Part shown: positions 25,475-34,453 of the stretch, piece by piece
Layout: each line of letters begins with the position of its first letter
How positions within the stretch are numbered: the stretch's first letter is position 1
Source: Deltaproteobacteria bacterium
Lineage (GTDB): Bacteria > CG2-30-53-67
Assembly: GCA_013151235.1 (NCBI GenBank)
Contig: JAADIO010000001.1
Coordinates: 1 to 34,893, forward strand
Direction: 5' to 3'
DNA length: 34,893 nucleotides
Made by a program: the position numbers and the translations under genes
Notes under the pieces: model-generated
The model's input: the letters and a program-made list of their open reading frames with translations, nothing else
The model's database searches: none
Told to the model about the DNA's origin: nothing

Positions 25475-28126
25475 TCACCTCGCTTGATGACAGACGTTGC
25501 ATTCCGCACTGACCGTATAGCGGTAAGGAGACCCCCAGGTGACCGATGTCTGGTTCTGATGGCAGGCAACGTTGGTGCAGGTTTTCGTAGCAGGATCGAA
25601 GGAAGCGGTACTTAGATCCTGGGGGGTCTTCAGGGTCACCGGATCCGGCGTAAACACCACGTCTTTTGTGCCGTTGACATGCTTGGCCTTGTTGAATATA
25701 TCGACATTCTCGAAGGTCGTCTCCCCCTGTGCATCCTGGGTCCATGGAGCCTCATCCCGTACCGTATCGTAATGACAGGTCCGACACTGAAGTGGGCCGA
25801 ATCCCATATTCCAGGCATGAAGGCTGACGTCACCGTTTTGATCACGCCATCCGTGACTGTCACCGGCACCGGCGGAATCGACGGACGCATCATTGATGAT
25901 CGGGAAACCGTGACAGCCGTTGCAGCCGAACTGATCCACCCCCCATTGCGGGGTGCGGTAACGGCGGGTCTGAACAACGAGACTCTGCCAGGTCGGATCG
26001 TAGATCAATGGATAGATGATATTCCCGTCAACAACGGTCGGTTCCGGCACGGCGTCCGTCGTCGTCGTCACGGTTTCGCTGTGACAATAGACATTGCTGC
26101 AGGTCCCTTTCGTGTAGGTCAGGGGGATCCGGCCTCCATCATCGACAAAGACCTGAGTCCCCGGCGTGTAGGTCGCAGTCTTCGGGTTCTTCGCCTTGAG
26201 AGAGCCCGCCGGTGCATTCGGGCTATAAAGTTCAATCTCCGCCGAACCTCCGCCACTGTTTGCGACACCGTCCATATGTTTCAGGATATCCATGGGGTGG
26301 CAGTTCCCGCAGTTCATCAGGTAGACCGATGACTGGGAGATCACATCCTGTGCGATCTTCGTGCTTCCGTAAACCGCCTGGTCCACGCTCCCCCCGAAAT
26401 GAATCAGGTGGGTCCCCGTCTTCGGCGGAACCTCGTGGCAGGTGCCGCACTGAGGCTTCATTCCCTTGTCATGGGGATGACAGGCCATACAGTTCGCCCC
26501 GTCGTTATGCCCGACATAGTTCCCGTTAGAATCGAGGTCACCCGGCGCCTGTCCGTCATTGCGGTGATGATTGGTCCGGGTATGACAGATCTCGCAGATG
26601 TTCTCATCATGGGGCGCCCCGTCGGCGAAGGAGTCGGTCCCCGATGAAGCAGTGAGCGTGACCGTTCCCGTGAGGGTTTGGCCCGTCACGGTATTGTCAT
26701 AGGAAATGTTCCGCCGGAGCAGTTTCCCGTAGGAGGTGCCGAAAGCCCGGTTCTGCTCCTGGGTATGGGGATCGTGACAGGTCACACAATTCTTTGTGCC
26801 CATGTCCCAATTACCATACTTCGTCCCCACGACCTTCGAGGAATGGGTCTTGACAACCGGAGCAGAGCCAAAACCGTAGGGGAAAGCGTCGGGATAGGCC
26901 GCCTTCATAACGCCATTCAACGGGTCGGTGTCGTCCGGGTCGGAATGGCACCGCTGACACTTGTAACGCTGGTCATTGAAGAAATTGTTCCGGTCGTGGC
27001 ACTTCCCGCAGAGGAGTGCCGCATTATCGGAACGGATCGTGTCGTCGGGATTCTTCAACGGGGCGATATGAGGTGGATCGTACGGATGACAGGAGATCCC
27101 GTTCCGGTCGGGGGTATTGCACCCGACCTTGGCGATGCCGCCCAGAAGATCCGCTCCGTGGCACTTCGTACAATCCTGCGCGTCGGCAAGATAGCTCGGG
27201 CCGTGACTCCCCCCCTTGTCGGCAACATTGACCCATCCTTCCGGATGTCCGGTCTTGACCTCGGGTTTGAATCCTCCGTCATGGGTATGGCAATCGGTAC
27301 AGGGCCGGTCGGCGCCATGTTCAATCGGTTTACCATCGATGTCCAGGTCACCCGGCCCGCTCCCATCGTTGCGATGATGAATCGTCCGGGTATGACAAAC
27401 CTCGCAGATCGATTTCCCCGACGGGACCGACTCCCCCGTTAACGGTGTATCGGTCAGATCGTTCACCTGGACCTCACCGCCGACGGTTTCGCCGGTCACA
27501 TTGTTTGTATAGGTGATATCCTCGCGGAGGAGTTTCCCGAAATGCGTTCCCTTTGCCCGGTCCTGTTCCTGGGAATGGGGGTTATGACAGGTCACACAGT
27601 CGATGTGCCAGTTGCCATATTCCGTCCCGACATTCTCCGAAGAGTGACTCTCCACGACCGGGGCCGTACCGAACCCGTAAGGAAACGGTTCAGGATAGGC
27701 TTCCTTCATGACCCCGTTCAAGGGATCGCTGTGATCAGACGGATCGGAATGGCATCGCTGACACTTGAACCGCTGCTGATTGAAGAAGTCCTTCAGGTCA
27801 TGGCACTTCCCGCAGAGGAGCCTCGCATTGTCGGAACGGACCGTACCGTCGGAATTGATCAGGGTCTCAAGATGAGGCGGGTCGTTGGGATGGCAGGTAA
27901 TCCCGTTGCGGCTCGCCGTACTGCAGCTCACCTTGGCAAGCCCCCCCGTCAGTGCATCCCCGTGACATTTCGTGCATTGATCCGGGTCCTTTTCATAATG
28001 CTTTCCATGGACCTGCACCCAGTTCGAAGGGTGATCCGCACCTTCGGGACTGAAGACGCTCCCCGAATTCGGGCTACTACAGGCGGACATAAAAAGGAAC
28101 AAACAGAGGAGAGCGAGTCGCTTCAT
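25475..28126 (-). CDS. large lipoprotein multiheme cytochrome c (17 CxxCH, 2 CxxxxCH, 2 Cx9CH), ExtG/Omc-like
   Basis: Lipobox FMSAC; Geobacter-type CxxxxCH...CxxCH C-terminal domain; ATG 28126 overlaps the upstream stop (alternative start 28135). Confidence 0.9.
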   Translation of the reverse strand: MKRLALLCLFLFMSACSSPNSGSVFSPEGADHPSNWVQVHGKHYEKDPDQCTKCHGDALTGGLAKVSCSTASRNGITCHPNDPPHLETLINSDGTVRSDNARLLCGKCHDLKDFFNQQRFKCQRCHSDPSDHSDPLNGVMKEAYPEPFPYGFGTAPVVESHSSENVGTEYGNWHIDCVTCHNPHSQEQDRAKGTHFGKLLREDITYTNNVTGETVGGEVQVNDLTDTPLTGESVPSGKSICEVCHTRTIHHRNDGSGPGDLDIDGKPIEHGADRPCTDCHTHDGGFKPEVKTGHPEGWVNVADKGGSHGPSYLADAQDCTKCHGADLLGGIAKVGCNTPDRNGISCHPYDPPHIAPLKNPDDTIRSDNAALLCGKCHDRNNFFNDQRYKCQRCHSDPDDTDPLNGVMKAAYPDAFPYGFGSAPVVKTHSSKVVGTKYGNWDMGTKNCVTCHDPHTQEQNRAFGTSYGKLLRRNISYDNTVTGQTLTGTVTLTASSGTDSFADGAPHDENICEICHTRTNHHRNDGQAPGDLDSNGNYVGHNDGANCMACHPHDKGMKPQCGTCHEVPPKTGTHLIHFGGSVDQAVYGSTKIAQDVISQSSVYLMNCGNCHPMDILKHMDGVANSGGGSAEIELYSPNAPAGSLKAKNPKTATYTPGTQVFVDDGGRIPLTYTKGTCSNVYCHSETVTTTTDAVPEPTVVDGNIIYPLIYDPTWQSLVVQTRRYRTPQWGVDQFGCNGCHGFPIINDASVDSAGAGDSHGWRDQNGDVSLHAWNMGFGPLQCRTCHYDTVRDEAPWTQDAQGETTFENVDIFNKAKHVNGTKDVVFTPDPVTLKTPQDLSTASFDPATKTCTNVACHQNQTSVTWGSPYRYTVSAECNVCHQAR
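26453..28033 (-). repeat. intragenic tandem duplication of a ~262-aa heme module
   Basis: Units at about 28033-27263 and 27247-26453 share CTKCH, Cx9CH, LLCGKCH, CQRCHSDP, FPYGFG.APVV, CVTCH, CExCHTRT.HHRNDG and a final CxxCH. Confidence 0.9.
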
Positions 28127-28563
28127 TTGTGGCATGCCTTACACCTCTCGTTGTTGTTGCGGCCATGACATTTGAGACAGGGCGCCGGGTTAATCCGGCC
28201 GTCGATCCGGTGCTGTGTCAGGTAATCCCCCCGATGAGGGAGGAAACGATTCGGTTTATCCTTGAACTTGTCGCTCGGTTTGATTTCTTCCTTGTTGGCA
28301 TGGCAATCCTCGCAGAAGGATTCCTTGTGACAAAGGTCGCAGATCCGCTTCTGCTGCACGGCGTAGTATTTATGCCGCATGTCCCAATCGGAGGTGTGAC
28401 TGAAAGAAGCCCGAAAATCCTCATGACATTCGCTGCACATCGGCGGTTGCGTAAACTGTATCGGGTGCTCCCTGAGGATACTGTCCATGGTTGCACAGGC
28501 ATAAAGTCCTCCCGAAAAGAGGACCATAAAAATGAGCGTCAATTTCAGGGTCGTCCGGTTCAT
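28123..28563 (-). CDS. pentaheme lipoprotein cytochrome c (ExtC/ExtF-like)
   Basis: Lipobox LYAC; CSECH, CDLCH, CEDCH, CLKCH and CKACH; PHRGDYLTQH.IDG motif; ATG 28563 overlaps the porin stop. Confidence 0.88.
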   Translation of the reverse strand: MNRTTLKLTLIFMVLFSGGLYACATMDSILREHPIQFTQPPMCSECHEDFRASFSHTSDWDMRHKYYAVQQKRICDLCHKESFCEDCHANKEEIKPSDKFKDKPNRFLPHRGDYLTQHRIDGRINPAPCLKCHGRNNNERCKACHK

Positions 28564-29957
28564 TCCGTCTTCTCCTTTGTTGAATCGTCCGCCCCGGAAT
28601 CCGCGGAACCGTTGTCCTTTTTCCATGGGAAGGGAAACGTCCATGCCGGCAGATGAATATCCGACAATGCAAGCTTTGGCATTTTCATCTTCGGCATCTT
28701 CACCGGGGAGATATCGAAATTATGGATATACTTCACAAAGAGGCGGAGATCCGTGGAATAGGTCGGATTATCCCCATATTCGATATTCGCGGAGACGCGG
28801 CTGTTCTCTCCCAAGGCGTATCCACCGACGACCGAGAAAGAGAAAGCGTTGGAGTCACCGTTGATCGAGGCATCATAGTGGACGTTGAAAAGATCGAGGG
28901 TGACATCCGCCTTGTCGTATTTCTTGAAAGCGTAGACACGGAATTCATAGTAACGCCGGGCATCGCTCTGCCCGTCCATCCTGTAAAGAGAACAGCCGCC
29001 CCCCATTTCATCCTCGGACTGCCAAGTCAGTCCCGCCCCATAGTAGTTCGCATTGTCGGTCACACTGTAGTTGTAGTTTCGCAGGAGCGCAGTCAAAACC
29101 AGGTCGTCCCGGAGAGTGTATTCCCCCCGGAGACCGAGTTCCAGCATCTTCTCGTCGGGATCGAGGACACCGAGGCCCATATCGAAGACCCCGGTGGTAT
29201 GGGTGTCGACATCGGCAAAATAGTTCTTGTAATCGACGTCATCGAACTCCCCGATAAGCCGGAGTTCATCGAGAGGCACATAAGTGACCGTGTAGGAATG
29301 CTCCATCCATCCCGTGGTCTCCCCGTTGTAGGTCGACCGGCCGAAGACTTCAACTTTCTCCATGGGATGGACATGAAGATCGAGTCCCTCCTCCGTACGG
29401 AAATCGCTCCCGTTGTTTCGCTCCTTCAGGTAGGAAATTCCCACTTGGTACAGCCCCGGCTGCCGCCGGTAGACGCGGGCCCCGAATATCCTGTCGGAGC
29501 TTCGCGTATCGAAATCGGTCTCCACGGGGACCCCCCCGTAAGCCGCCGCGCCGAAACCGTGGAGAAAATCACTCCGAGCATAAAGACCGTCAACGCTTTC
29601 CGAAGCCACCCCTTCGTAGACCGGGACACGGCCAAAGTCAACAACGGTATTCGCCGTATCCCGGTGCAAGTCGACGTAGGCATACTGCAGGTCGAGATTC
29701 GCATTCCGCTCATCGAAACTCTTCTGATTGTTCAGGTCACGTCGGGCCCAGCCGCCGAAGTGGAAGGAATACTCATCTTTCGCGAAATCATTGAGGGAAA
29801 AGTCGAGATATTCAAAGAGAGGGAGATAGGTGTCACCATCGTAAGACTCCCGGCCCTGAAAATAGGTCCTGGAACTGCCGGTCATGTCAACGGCGAACAA
29901 CGGCGCCGGCACACAGAACAAAACCATCAGCAGCACGATCGTGCCTTCTTTGATCAT
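28560..29957 (-). CDS. outer-membrane beta-barrel porin of a porin-cytochrome complex (ExtB/ExtE-like)
   Basis: Signal peptide; alternating aromatic/hydrophilic beta-strands; Tyr/Asp/Gly-rich; first gene before two lipoprotein cytochromes; AAGGAGG RBS. Confidence 0.82.
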   Translation of the reverse strand: MIKEGTIVLLMVLFCVPAPLFAVDMTGSSRTYFQGRESYDGDTYLPLFEYLDFSLNDFAKDEYSFHFGGWARRDLNNQKSFDERNANLDLQYAYVDLHRDTANTVVDFGRVPVYEGVASESVDGLYARSDFLHGFGAAAYGGVPVETDFDTRSSDRIFGARVYRRQPGLYQVGISYLKERNNGSDFRTEEGLDLHVHPMEKVEVFGRSTYNGETTGWMEHSYTVTYVPLDELRLIGEFDDVDYKNYFADVDTHTTGVFDMGLGVLDPDEKMLELGLRGEYTLRDDLVLTALLRNYNYSVTDNANYYGAGLTWQSEDEMGGGCSLYRMDGQSDARRYYEFRVYAFKKYDKADVTLDLFNVHYDASINGDSNAFSFSVVGGYALGENSRVSANIEYGDNPTYSTDLRLFVKYIHNFDISPVKMPKMKMPKLALSDIHLPAWTFPFPWKKDNGSADSGADDSTKEKTE

Positions 29958-30118
29958 ATCGCCTCCTTGAATTTATAGAAGGGCTCACAACAGGACCTCA
30001 ACGCAGCCCCGCCTCTCAATTATCTATTGCAGAAAATAACAGAATCTTTTGTCGGGGGAAACAACGAAGGGAAAATGGCAAACAGGCTGAGCCTACCCCC
30101 CCCTCCGTTGCGTGGGTC

Positions 30119-30147
30119 AACATACGTCATCAGAGAAAGGATTGCAA
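30119..30147 (-). promoter_or_regulatory. possible sigma-70 promoter of the porin-cytochrome operon
   Basis: TTGCAA-17 nt-TATGTT on the minus strand. Confidence 0.4.
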
Positions 30148-30211
30148 GGAAAATTTCAGGACGTATCCAGTCACGACAACAAAGATTCCGGCTGTGGCTT
30201 TTTTTTTCGGT

Positions 30212-30240
30212 TTGACACCGCTTTTGGTTAATGCTACATT
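30212..30240 (+). promoter_or_regulatory. sigma-70 promoter of the HesB-like gene
   Basis: TTGACA-17 nt-TACATT with a TG extended -10. Confidence 0.65.
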
Positions 30241-30289
30241 TTGCCACATGGTGAATTATGATTAAAGAACGAATCAAAGGAGATGTTCC

Positions 30290-30577
30290 ATGTTGTCCCT
30301 GACCGAAAAATGCATTGAGAAATTCAAGGAGATTCTGGAGGAGAGGAATACCGCCGACCAGGGGATCCGACTCTTCACCGCCCCCGGGGGCTGAGGCCCC
30401 TCTCTGGCGATGGATATTGCCAAGGACGCCCGTGACGGCGACCAAACTGTACCCTTCGGAGACCTAAAGGTCTTTCTGACCCCCGAGGCCAATGTCATGC
30501 TCATGAACTCCACCATTGATTTTTCAGAGACCCTCGGTTTTTCAATTACCGGAACACCGAAAAATTCCTGTTGCTGA
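30290..30577 (+). CDS. HesB/IscA-like selenoprotein (95 aa, Sec35 at TGA 30392-30394)
   Basis: AAAGGAG RBS. Reads MLSLTEKCIEKFKEILEERNTADQGIRLFTAPGG-U-GPSLAMDIAKDARDGDQTVPFGDLKVFLTPEANVMLMNSTIDFSETLGFSITGTPKNSCC. HesB-like similarity continues across the TGA. Confidence 0.85.
30399..30425 (+). promoter_or_regulatory. putative bacterial SECIS element
   Basis: TGGCGAT-GGAT-ATTGCCA hairpin (30405-30422); the G-initiated loop begins 17 nt after the UGA; extra CCT/AGG base pairing at the foot. Confidence 0.7.
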
Positions 30578-30900
30578 CAATAAAATTTGACGGTGATAAC
30601 AAAGTGATCGTCTTTGATGCAGCGTGGACGGCGCCTCCTCTGCATCTTCTCGCCCCCCCATTGAGGACGCCGGACAGCCGATGACATGATCAAAGGCGGC
30701 GACCCGGCGCCCCCCCCAATGGTCCACAAAGCCCTCGAATGGGTCCGCCGTTCCATGGAAAAGACCGGCCGTTACCGTGAAGATCGGAAACAGTTACGGA
30801 AGATTCTTAAATTTTCCCCTGAGATTCTGTGTCATGCGGACCGATCCAATGATTAAGCGGGCAAAGAAGGATGAACCGTGAGGAGGTTAATTTTCCTGTT

Positions 30901-31629
30901 TTAACCGAGTCTCGAAAGTGACGGGAAAAGGTTCATGATCCAGCCGGAGAGGATCCCGAGACGGTTGGTCAGGATCAGGACCCCGATGATCATCAGAAGC
31001 CCCCCCGACGCGATCTCCACAACCTTGAAGTGTCTTTTCACACGTTCAAAAAAGTTCAGGAACCAACCGGTGGCCAGGCCGGTCAACAGGAAAGGAAGGC
31101 CCAGCCCCAAGGCGTAGACCGACAGAAGCAGCACCCCGAAGGAAACACTCTCCTGCGTCCCCGCCATCGAGAGGATCCCCGCCAGGATCGGGCCGATACA
31201 GGGAGTCCATCCGAAGGCGAAGGCGATCCCCATGAGAAAGGCCTGGAGATAGGAACTTTTCCCGGTTTTCAGATGGAGCCGTTTTTCGTAATTCAAAAAC
31301 CCGATCCGGTAAATCCCCATCGTGTGAAGGCCGAACACAATGAGAAGAAGTCCGGCCGCCTTGCGCAGAAGCCCCATCTGACTGCCGATAAGGCGGCCGA
31401 AGAAGGTCGCCGATGCCCCCAGGAGGACAAAGACAAGGGAAAATCCGGCCACAAAGAGCAGCGAGCTTAAAAAGACACCGGAGAGAATCGGGGCGGATTT
31501 CTCCTTCTCCACTAGTTTCTCCACGGAGACGCCTGAGATAAAAGAGATGTAGGCCGGAACGAGAGGAAGGACGCAGGGGGAAACAAAGGAGAGCAACCCG
31601 CCCAAGAAAGCGAAGAGTACCTGATCCAC
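30901..31629 (-). CDS. ccdA: cytochrome c biogenesis protein CcdA
   Basis: SFVSPCVLPLVPAY and FAFGWTPCIGPIL motifs; six TM segments; AGGAGG RBS before GTG. Confidence 0.93.
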   Translation of the reverse strand: MDQVLFAFLGGLLSFVSPCVLPLVPAYISFISGVSVEKLVEKEKSAPILSGVFLSSLLFVAGFSLVFVLLGASATFFGRLIGSQMGLLRKAAGLLLIVFGLHTMGIYRIGFLNYEKRLHLKTGKSSYLQAFLMGIAFAFGWTPCIGPILAGILSMAGTQESVSFGVLLLSVYALGLGLPFLLTGLATGWFLNFFERVKRHFKVVEIASGGLLMIIGVLILTNRLGILSGWIMNLFPSLSRLG

Positions 31630-31677
31630 AAGAAACCTCCTGACAAAAACCGTCCCGCCGGAAAACCGGACGGAGAA

Positions 31678-32427
31678 TTACGGAGCGGGCTGCACGCCGG
31701 GGAAGACCTTGACAACCTCCTTCACCGCCGCCCGCGCAAGTTCTTCCGCCGTCTGCCAGCGGAAGCGGATCCTGGAAGGATGGAAAAACCGCTGCGGTTC
31801 CTCGTTCAGCGGCCGCTGCGTTTCATCATAATCAACGCTGAAAATTTCCCGGCCGTCTTTGACCCGGTACAAAACCAGGCGGAAGGAAATGGAAGCCGGT
31901 TCCACCACCGAATAGCGCCCCCCCCGCCGTTCACGTACCCTCAGCACCTCGCCCACGACCAGGACATCGGCACCGAGTTCCCTGCCGAACCTCTTGATGA
32001 AGGTCAGATTCCTGTAGCGTTCCGGCGGGACTTTTTCCACGGCAAGCCGGAGATGAACCTTCTCGGGAGAGATCACCCTGTAGGGAGCCACCTTGCGCAG
32101 GTCTTCATACAGATAGGAGGAGATCCGTTCCCCCGCTTCGCGGAAATTACGGTGTTCCGCAACCGGCCTGCCGCAAAAGGAACAGAGCAGATCCTCCTTT
32201 TGCCGGTCAGCCTTCGCGATCGGCGGCGCGATCATCGGAAGCACGGCGATTGAACGGATCTCCGTCTTCTTCAGTTCGGGGGACCGCCGGACCTGCATAT
32301 ACCGTGGGAGCTCCACTCCCTTCATCAATTCCCGGACCATCCGGCAGGAGGGGATCAGCAAAAGAAAAAGCAGACCGGCCAGGACCCCGCCCAGGACCGT
32401 CATCCCTGATAATCTTCTCATCACCAC
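31678..32427 (-). CDS. hypothetical lipoprotein (CsgG/LpoB-like fold suspected) with a CxxC motif
   Basis: Signal peptide ending IPSC; SIAVLP and GRELGADVLVVGEV motifs; CSFCG. Confidence 0.7.
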   Translation of the reverse strand: MVMRRLSGMTVLGGVLAGLLFLLLIPSCRMVRELMKGVELPRYMQVRRSPELKKTEIRSIAVLPMIAPPIAKADRQKEDLLCSFCGRPVAEHRNFREAGERISSYLYEDLRKVAPYRVISPEKVHLRLAVEKVPPERYRNLTFIKRFGRELGADVLVVGEVLRVRERRGGRYSVVEPASISFRLVLYRVKDGREIFSVDYDETQRPLNEEPQRFFHPSRIRFRWQTAEELARAAVKEVVKVFPGVQPAP

Positions 32428-32436
32428 CGCCTCCGG

Positions 32437-33879
32437 TTACAGACCGTATTCTTTCCACCGCTTTGTCACAAGATCCCGGATCTCCCCGCTCATGACGATA
32501 TCGCCGGGCCACTCCCGCAGGTGCCCTTCGGAAGGCCATTTCTTCGTCGCGTCGATACCGATCTTGGCGCCGTACCTGGGAAGGGGTGATGAATGATCGA
32601 GCGCATCGAGCGGACCTTCCACCACCTCTACATCCCGTTTCCAGTCGACGTTGTTCCCCAGCCTCCAGAGGACCTCGGAGGTGTCCTGGACGTTCACCTG
32701 GGCATCGACAATCACGATCATCTTGGTGAACATCATCTGCCCGGTCCCCCAGACGGCGTGCATCACCTTCCTGGCATGACCGGGATAACGCTTGTCGATG
32801 GAGAGAAAGGCGATGTTATGAAAGATCCCCTCCAGGGGGAGGTTCATATCGACCACTTCCGGAAGCTGCTTCTTCAGGAGGGGAAGAAAGATCCGCTCCG
32901 TCGCCTTGCCGAGGAAACAGTCCTCCATCGGGGGCTTTCCGACGATCGTCGCAGGATAGAGCGGCTCCCGCCTCCGTGTGATGCAGGTCAGGTGAAAAAC
33001 CGGATAGGCCTCGGCCAGTGAATAATAACCGGTATGGTCACCGAAAGGCCCCTCGGTCCGGGTCTCGCCGGGATCGACATACCCCTCGAGAACGATCTCG
33101 GCATGGGCCGGGACCTTGAGGTCGACCGTCTCGCAGGGGACCATCTCCACCGGTTCCCCCCGCAGAAACCCGGCGAAGAGCATCTCGTCGAAATCATCGG
33201 GAAGCGGCGCCGTCGCCGAATAGATCACCGCCGGATCCGCGCCGAGAGCCACCGCCACGGGAAGCCGTTTCCCCCGGCGCTGCGAATCCTGGTAATGTTT
33301 CGAGCCGTGCTTGTGGATGTGCCAGTGCATCCCCGTGGTCTGCTCATCATAAACATGCATCCGGTACATCCCGCAGTTCGTGTTGCCCGTAACCGGGTTT
33401 CTGGTGAAGACCAGCGGCAATGTAATGAATCTGCCGCCATCCCCGGGCCAGCACTGGAGGATCGGAAGGTCGGCGAGGGAAGGATGATCCTTCTCGATCA
33501 CCTCCTTCACGGGGCCGGTTTTGACCGTCTTGGGGATGAAGTTGGCCAGCCGTTTCAGCTTCGGCAACTGCTTCAGCTTACCGATGAGATTGAGAGGGAT
33601 CTCCGGTTCAATGATTTCGAGTATCCGGACGGCGATTGAATCCAGCGAGTCGACATCGAGCGCAAGGCAGATCCGCTCCATGCTCCCGAAGGCATTGATC
33701 AGAAGGGGCCAGGGAGAACCCTTGACCTTCTCGAAAAAGAGCGCCGGTCCGCCGGACTTGGAGACCCGGTCGGTGATCTCGGTAATCTCCAGGACCGGGT
33801 CGACCTCAACGGATATCCGTTTCAGAAGGGACCGTTCTTCCAGTATCCGAACAAATTCCCGAAGGTCCCTGTAGGCCAT
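32437..33879 (-). CDS. UbiD-family decarboxylase (menaquinone futalosine pathway, MqnL-like)
   Basis: [43 protein letters not shown] and IVGKPPMED motifs. Confidence 0.92.
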   Translation of the reverse strand: MAYRDLREFVRILEERSLLKRISVEVDPVLEITEITDRVSKSGGPALFFEKVKGSPWPLLINAFGSMERICLALDVDSLDSIAVRILEIIEPEIPLNLIGKLKQLPKLKRLANFIPKTVKTGPVKEVIEKDHPSLADLPILQCWPGDGGRFITLPLVFTRNPVTGNTNCGMYRMHVYDEQTTGMHWHIHKHGSKHYQDSQRRGKRLPVAVALGADPAVIYSATAPLPDDFDEMLFAGFLRGEPVEMVPCETVDLKVPAHAEIVLEGYVDPGETRTEGPFGDHTGYYSLAEAYPVFHLTCITRRREPLYPATIVGKPPMEDCFLGKATERIFLPLLKKQLPEVVDMNLPLEGIFHNIAFLSIDKRYPGHARKVMHAVWGTGQMMFTKMIVIVDAQVNVQDTSEVLWRLGNNVDWKRDVEVVEGPLDALDHSSPLPRYGAKIGIDATKKWPSEGHLREWPGDIVMSGEIRDLVTKRWKEYGL

Positions 33880-33925
33880 GTTGAATGAAGTCCTGATCGA
33901 AGGGATCAAAAGCGGAAAAAGGTCA

Positions 33926-34000
33926 TGGAGCCGCTGAGAGGAATCGAACCTCCAACCTACGCATTACGAATGCGTTGCTCTACCGTTGAGCTACAGCGGC
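33926..34000 (-). tRNA. tRNA-Thr(CGT)
   Basis: GCCGCTG/CAGCGGC acceptor stem, TTCGTAA anticodon loop, GTTCGATTC T-loop, encoded CCA. Confidence 0.97.
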
Positions 34001-34031
34001 ACACAGAACCTTCCAACAAAATGAATGCATG

Positions 34032-34060
34032 TTTTTACCATTTTTCGGATAAACAGTCAA
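34032..34060 (-). promoter_or_regulatory. sigma-70 promoter for the tRNA
   Basis: TTGACT-17 nt-TAAAAA with TG extension. Confidence 0.55.
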
Positions 34061-34119
34061 GATTTTCAAGCCGGGGAGTTCCGGCGGAATCCCGGTTGAA
34101 GGAAGGCGATACGTGTATA

Positions 34120-34185
34120 AAATAGGGACAGCGACCATTATTTGCCTTTTCGGGGCCTGCCCCTCCCCTTCGCCATCAAGTCTCG
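34120..34185. repeat. 66-bp direct repeat, copy 1
   Basis: 62/66 identical to 34803-34868. Confidence 0.95.
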
Positions 34186-34240
34186 GAGAAAACAGGGACC
34201 CTCCGTCAAATGCGACCCCAAGCGTTAACTAAGTCTTTCA

Positions 34241-34453
34241 TTATGATGCCCACTTTAATTTTAATTTTTTTTGGGAATGCGCGCAATCCTGCAGGTATAA
34301 GTTTATGAGATTCTGATAGGGAACACCTGTTTCCTCGGAAAGCTTCTTGAAATAGTCGATAACATCAATCCCCAGGCGAAGTGTTACTTGCTTCTTAAGA
34401 TATTTCGCATAAGGATTCTTTCTTGATTTTGAAAAATCGTATTCTTTTCTCAT
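34241..34453 (-). CDS. brnA: BrnA antitoxin
   Basis: MRKEYDFSK, KKQVTLRL and GVPYQNLINLYL (RHH) motifs; ATGA-coupled to brnT. Confidence 0.9.
   Translation of the reverse strand: MRKEYDFSKSRKNPYAKYLKKQVTLRLGIDVIDYFKKLSEETGVPYQNLINLYLQDCAHSQKKLKLKWAS

Noticed and set aside
3746-29978. Many long antisense or alternative-frame ORFs (e.g. 3746-5065, 6939-8180, 14243-15595, 28653-29978)
   Set aside because: They overlap well-supported genes and have no recognisable motifs; this is expected in GC-rich DNA.
29958-30118. Possible c-di-GMP riboswitch in the porin operon leader
   Set aside because: The GEMM consensus is not found on the coding strand; an Infernal scan would be needed.
30575-30583. 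Terminal TGA-CAA-TAA of the HesB-like gene as a second Sec (SCCUQ)
   Set aside because: No convincing SECIS hairpin follows; treated as a stop, although not strictly excluded.
30687-30857. Small plus-strand ORF (MIKGGDPAPPPMVHKALEW...)
   Set aside because: No clear RBS or recognisable motif; cannot be supported without a homology search.
33925-34125. 66-aa plus-strand ORF
   Set aside because: It is the antisense of tRNA-Thr.
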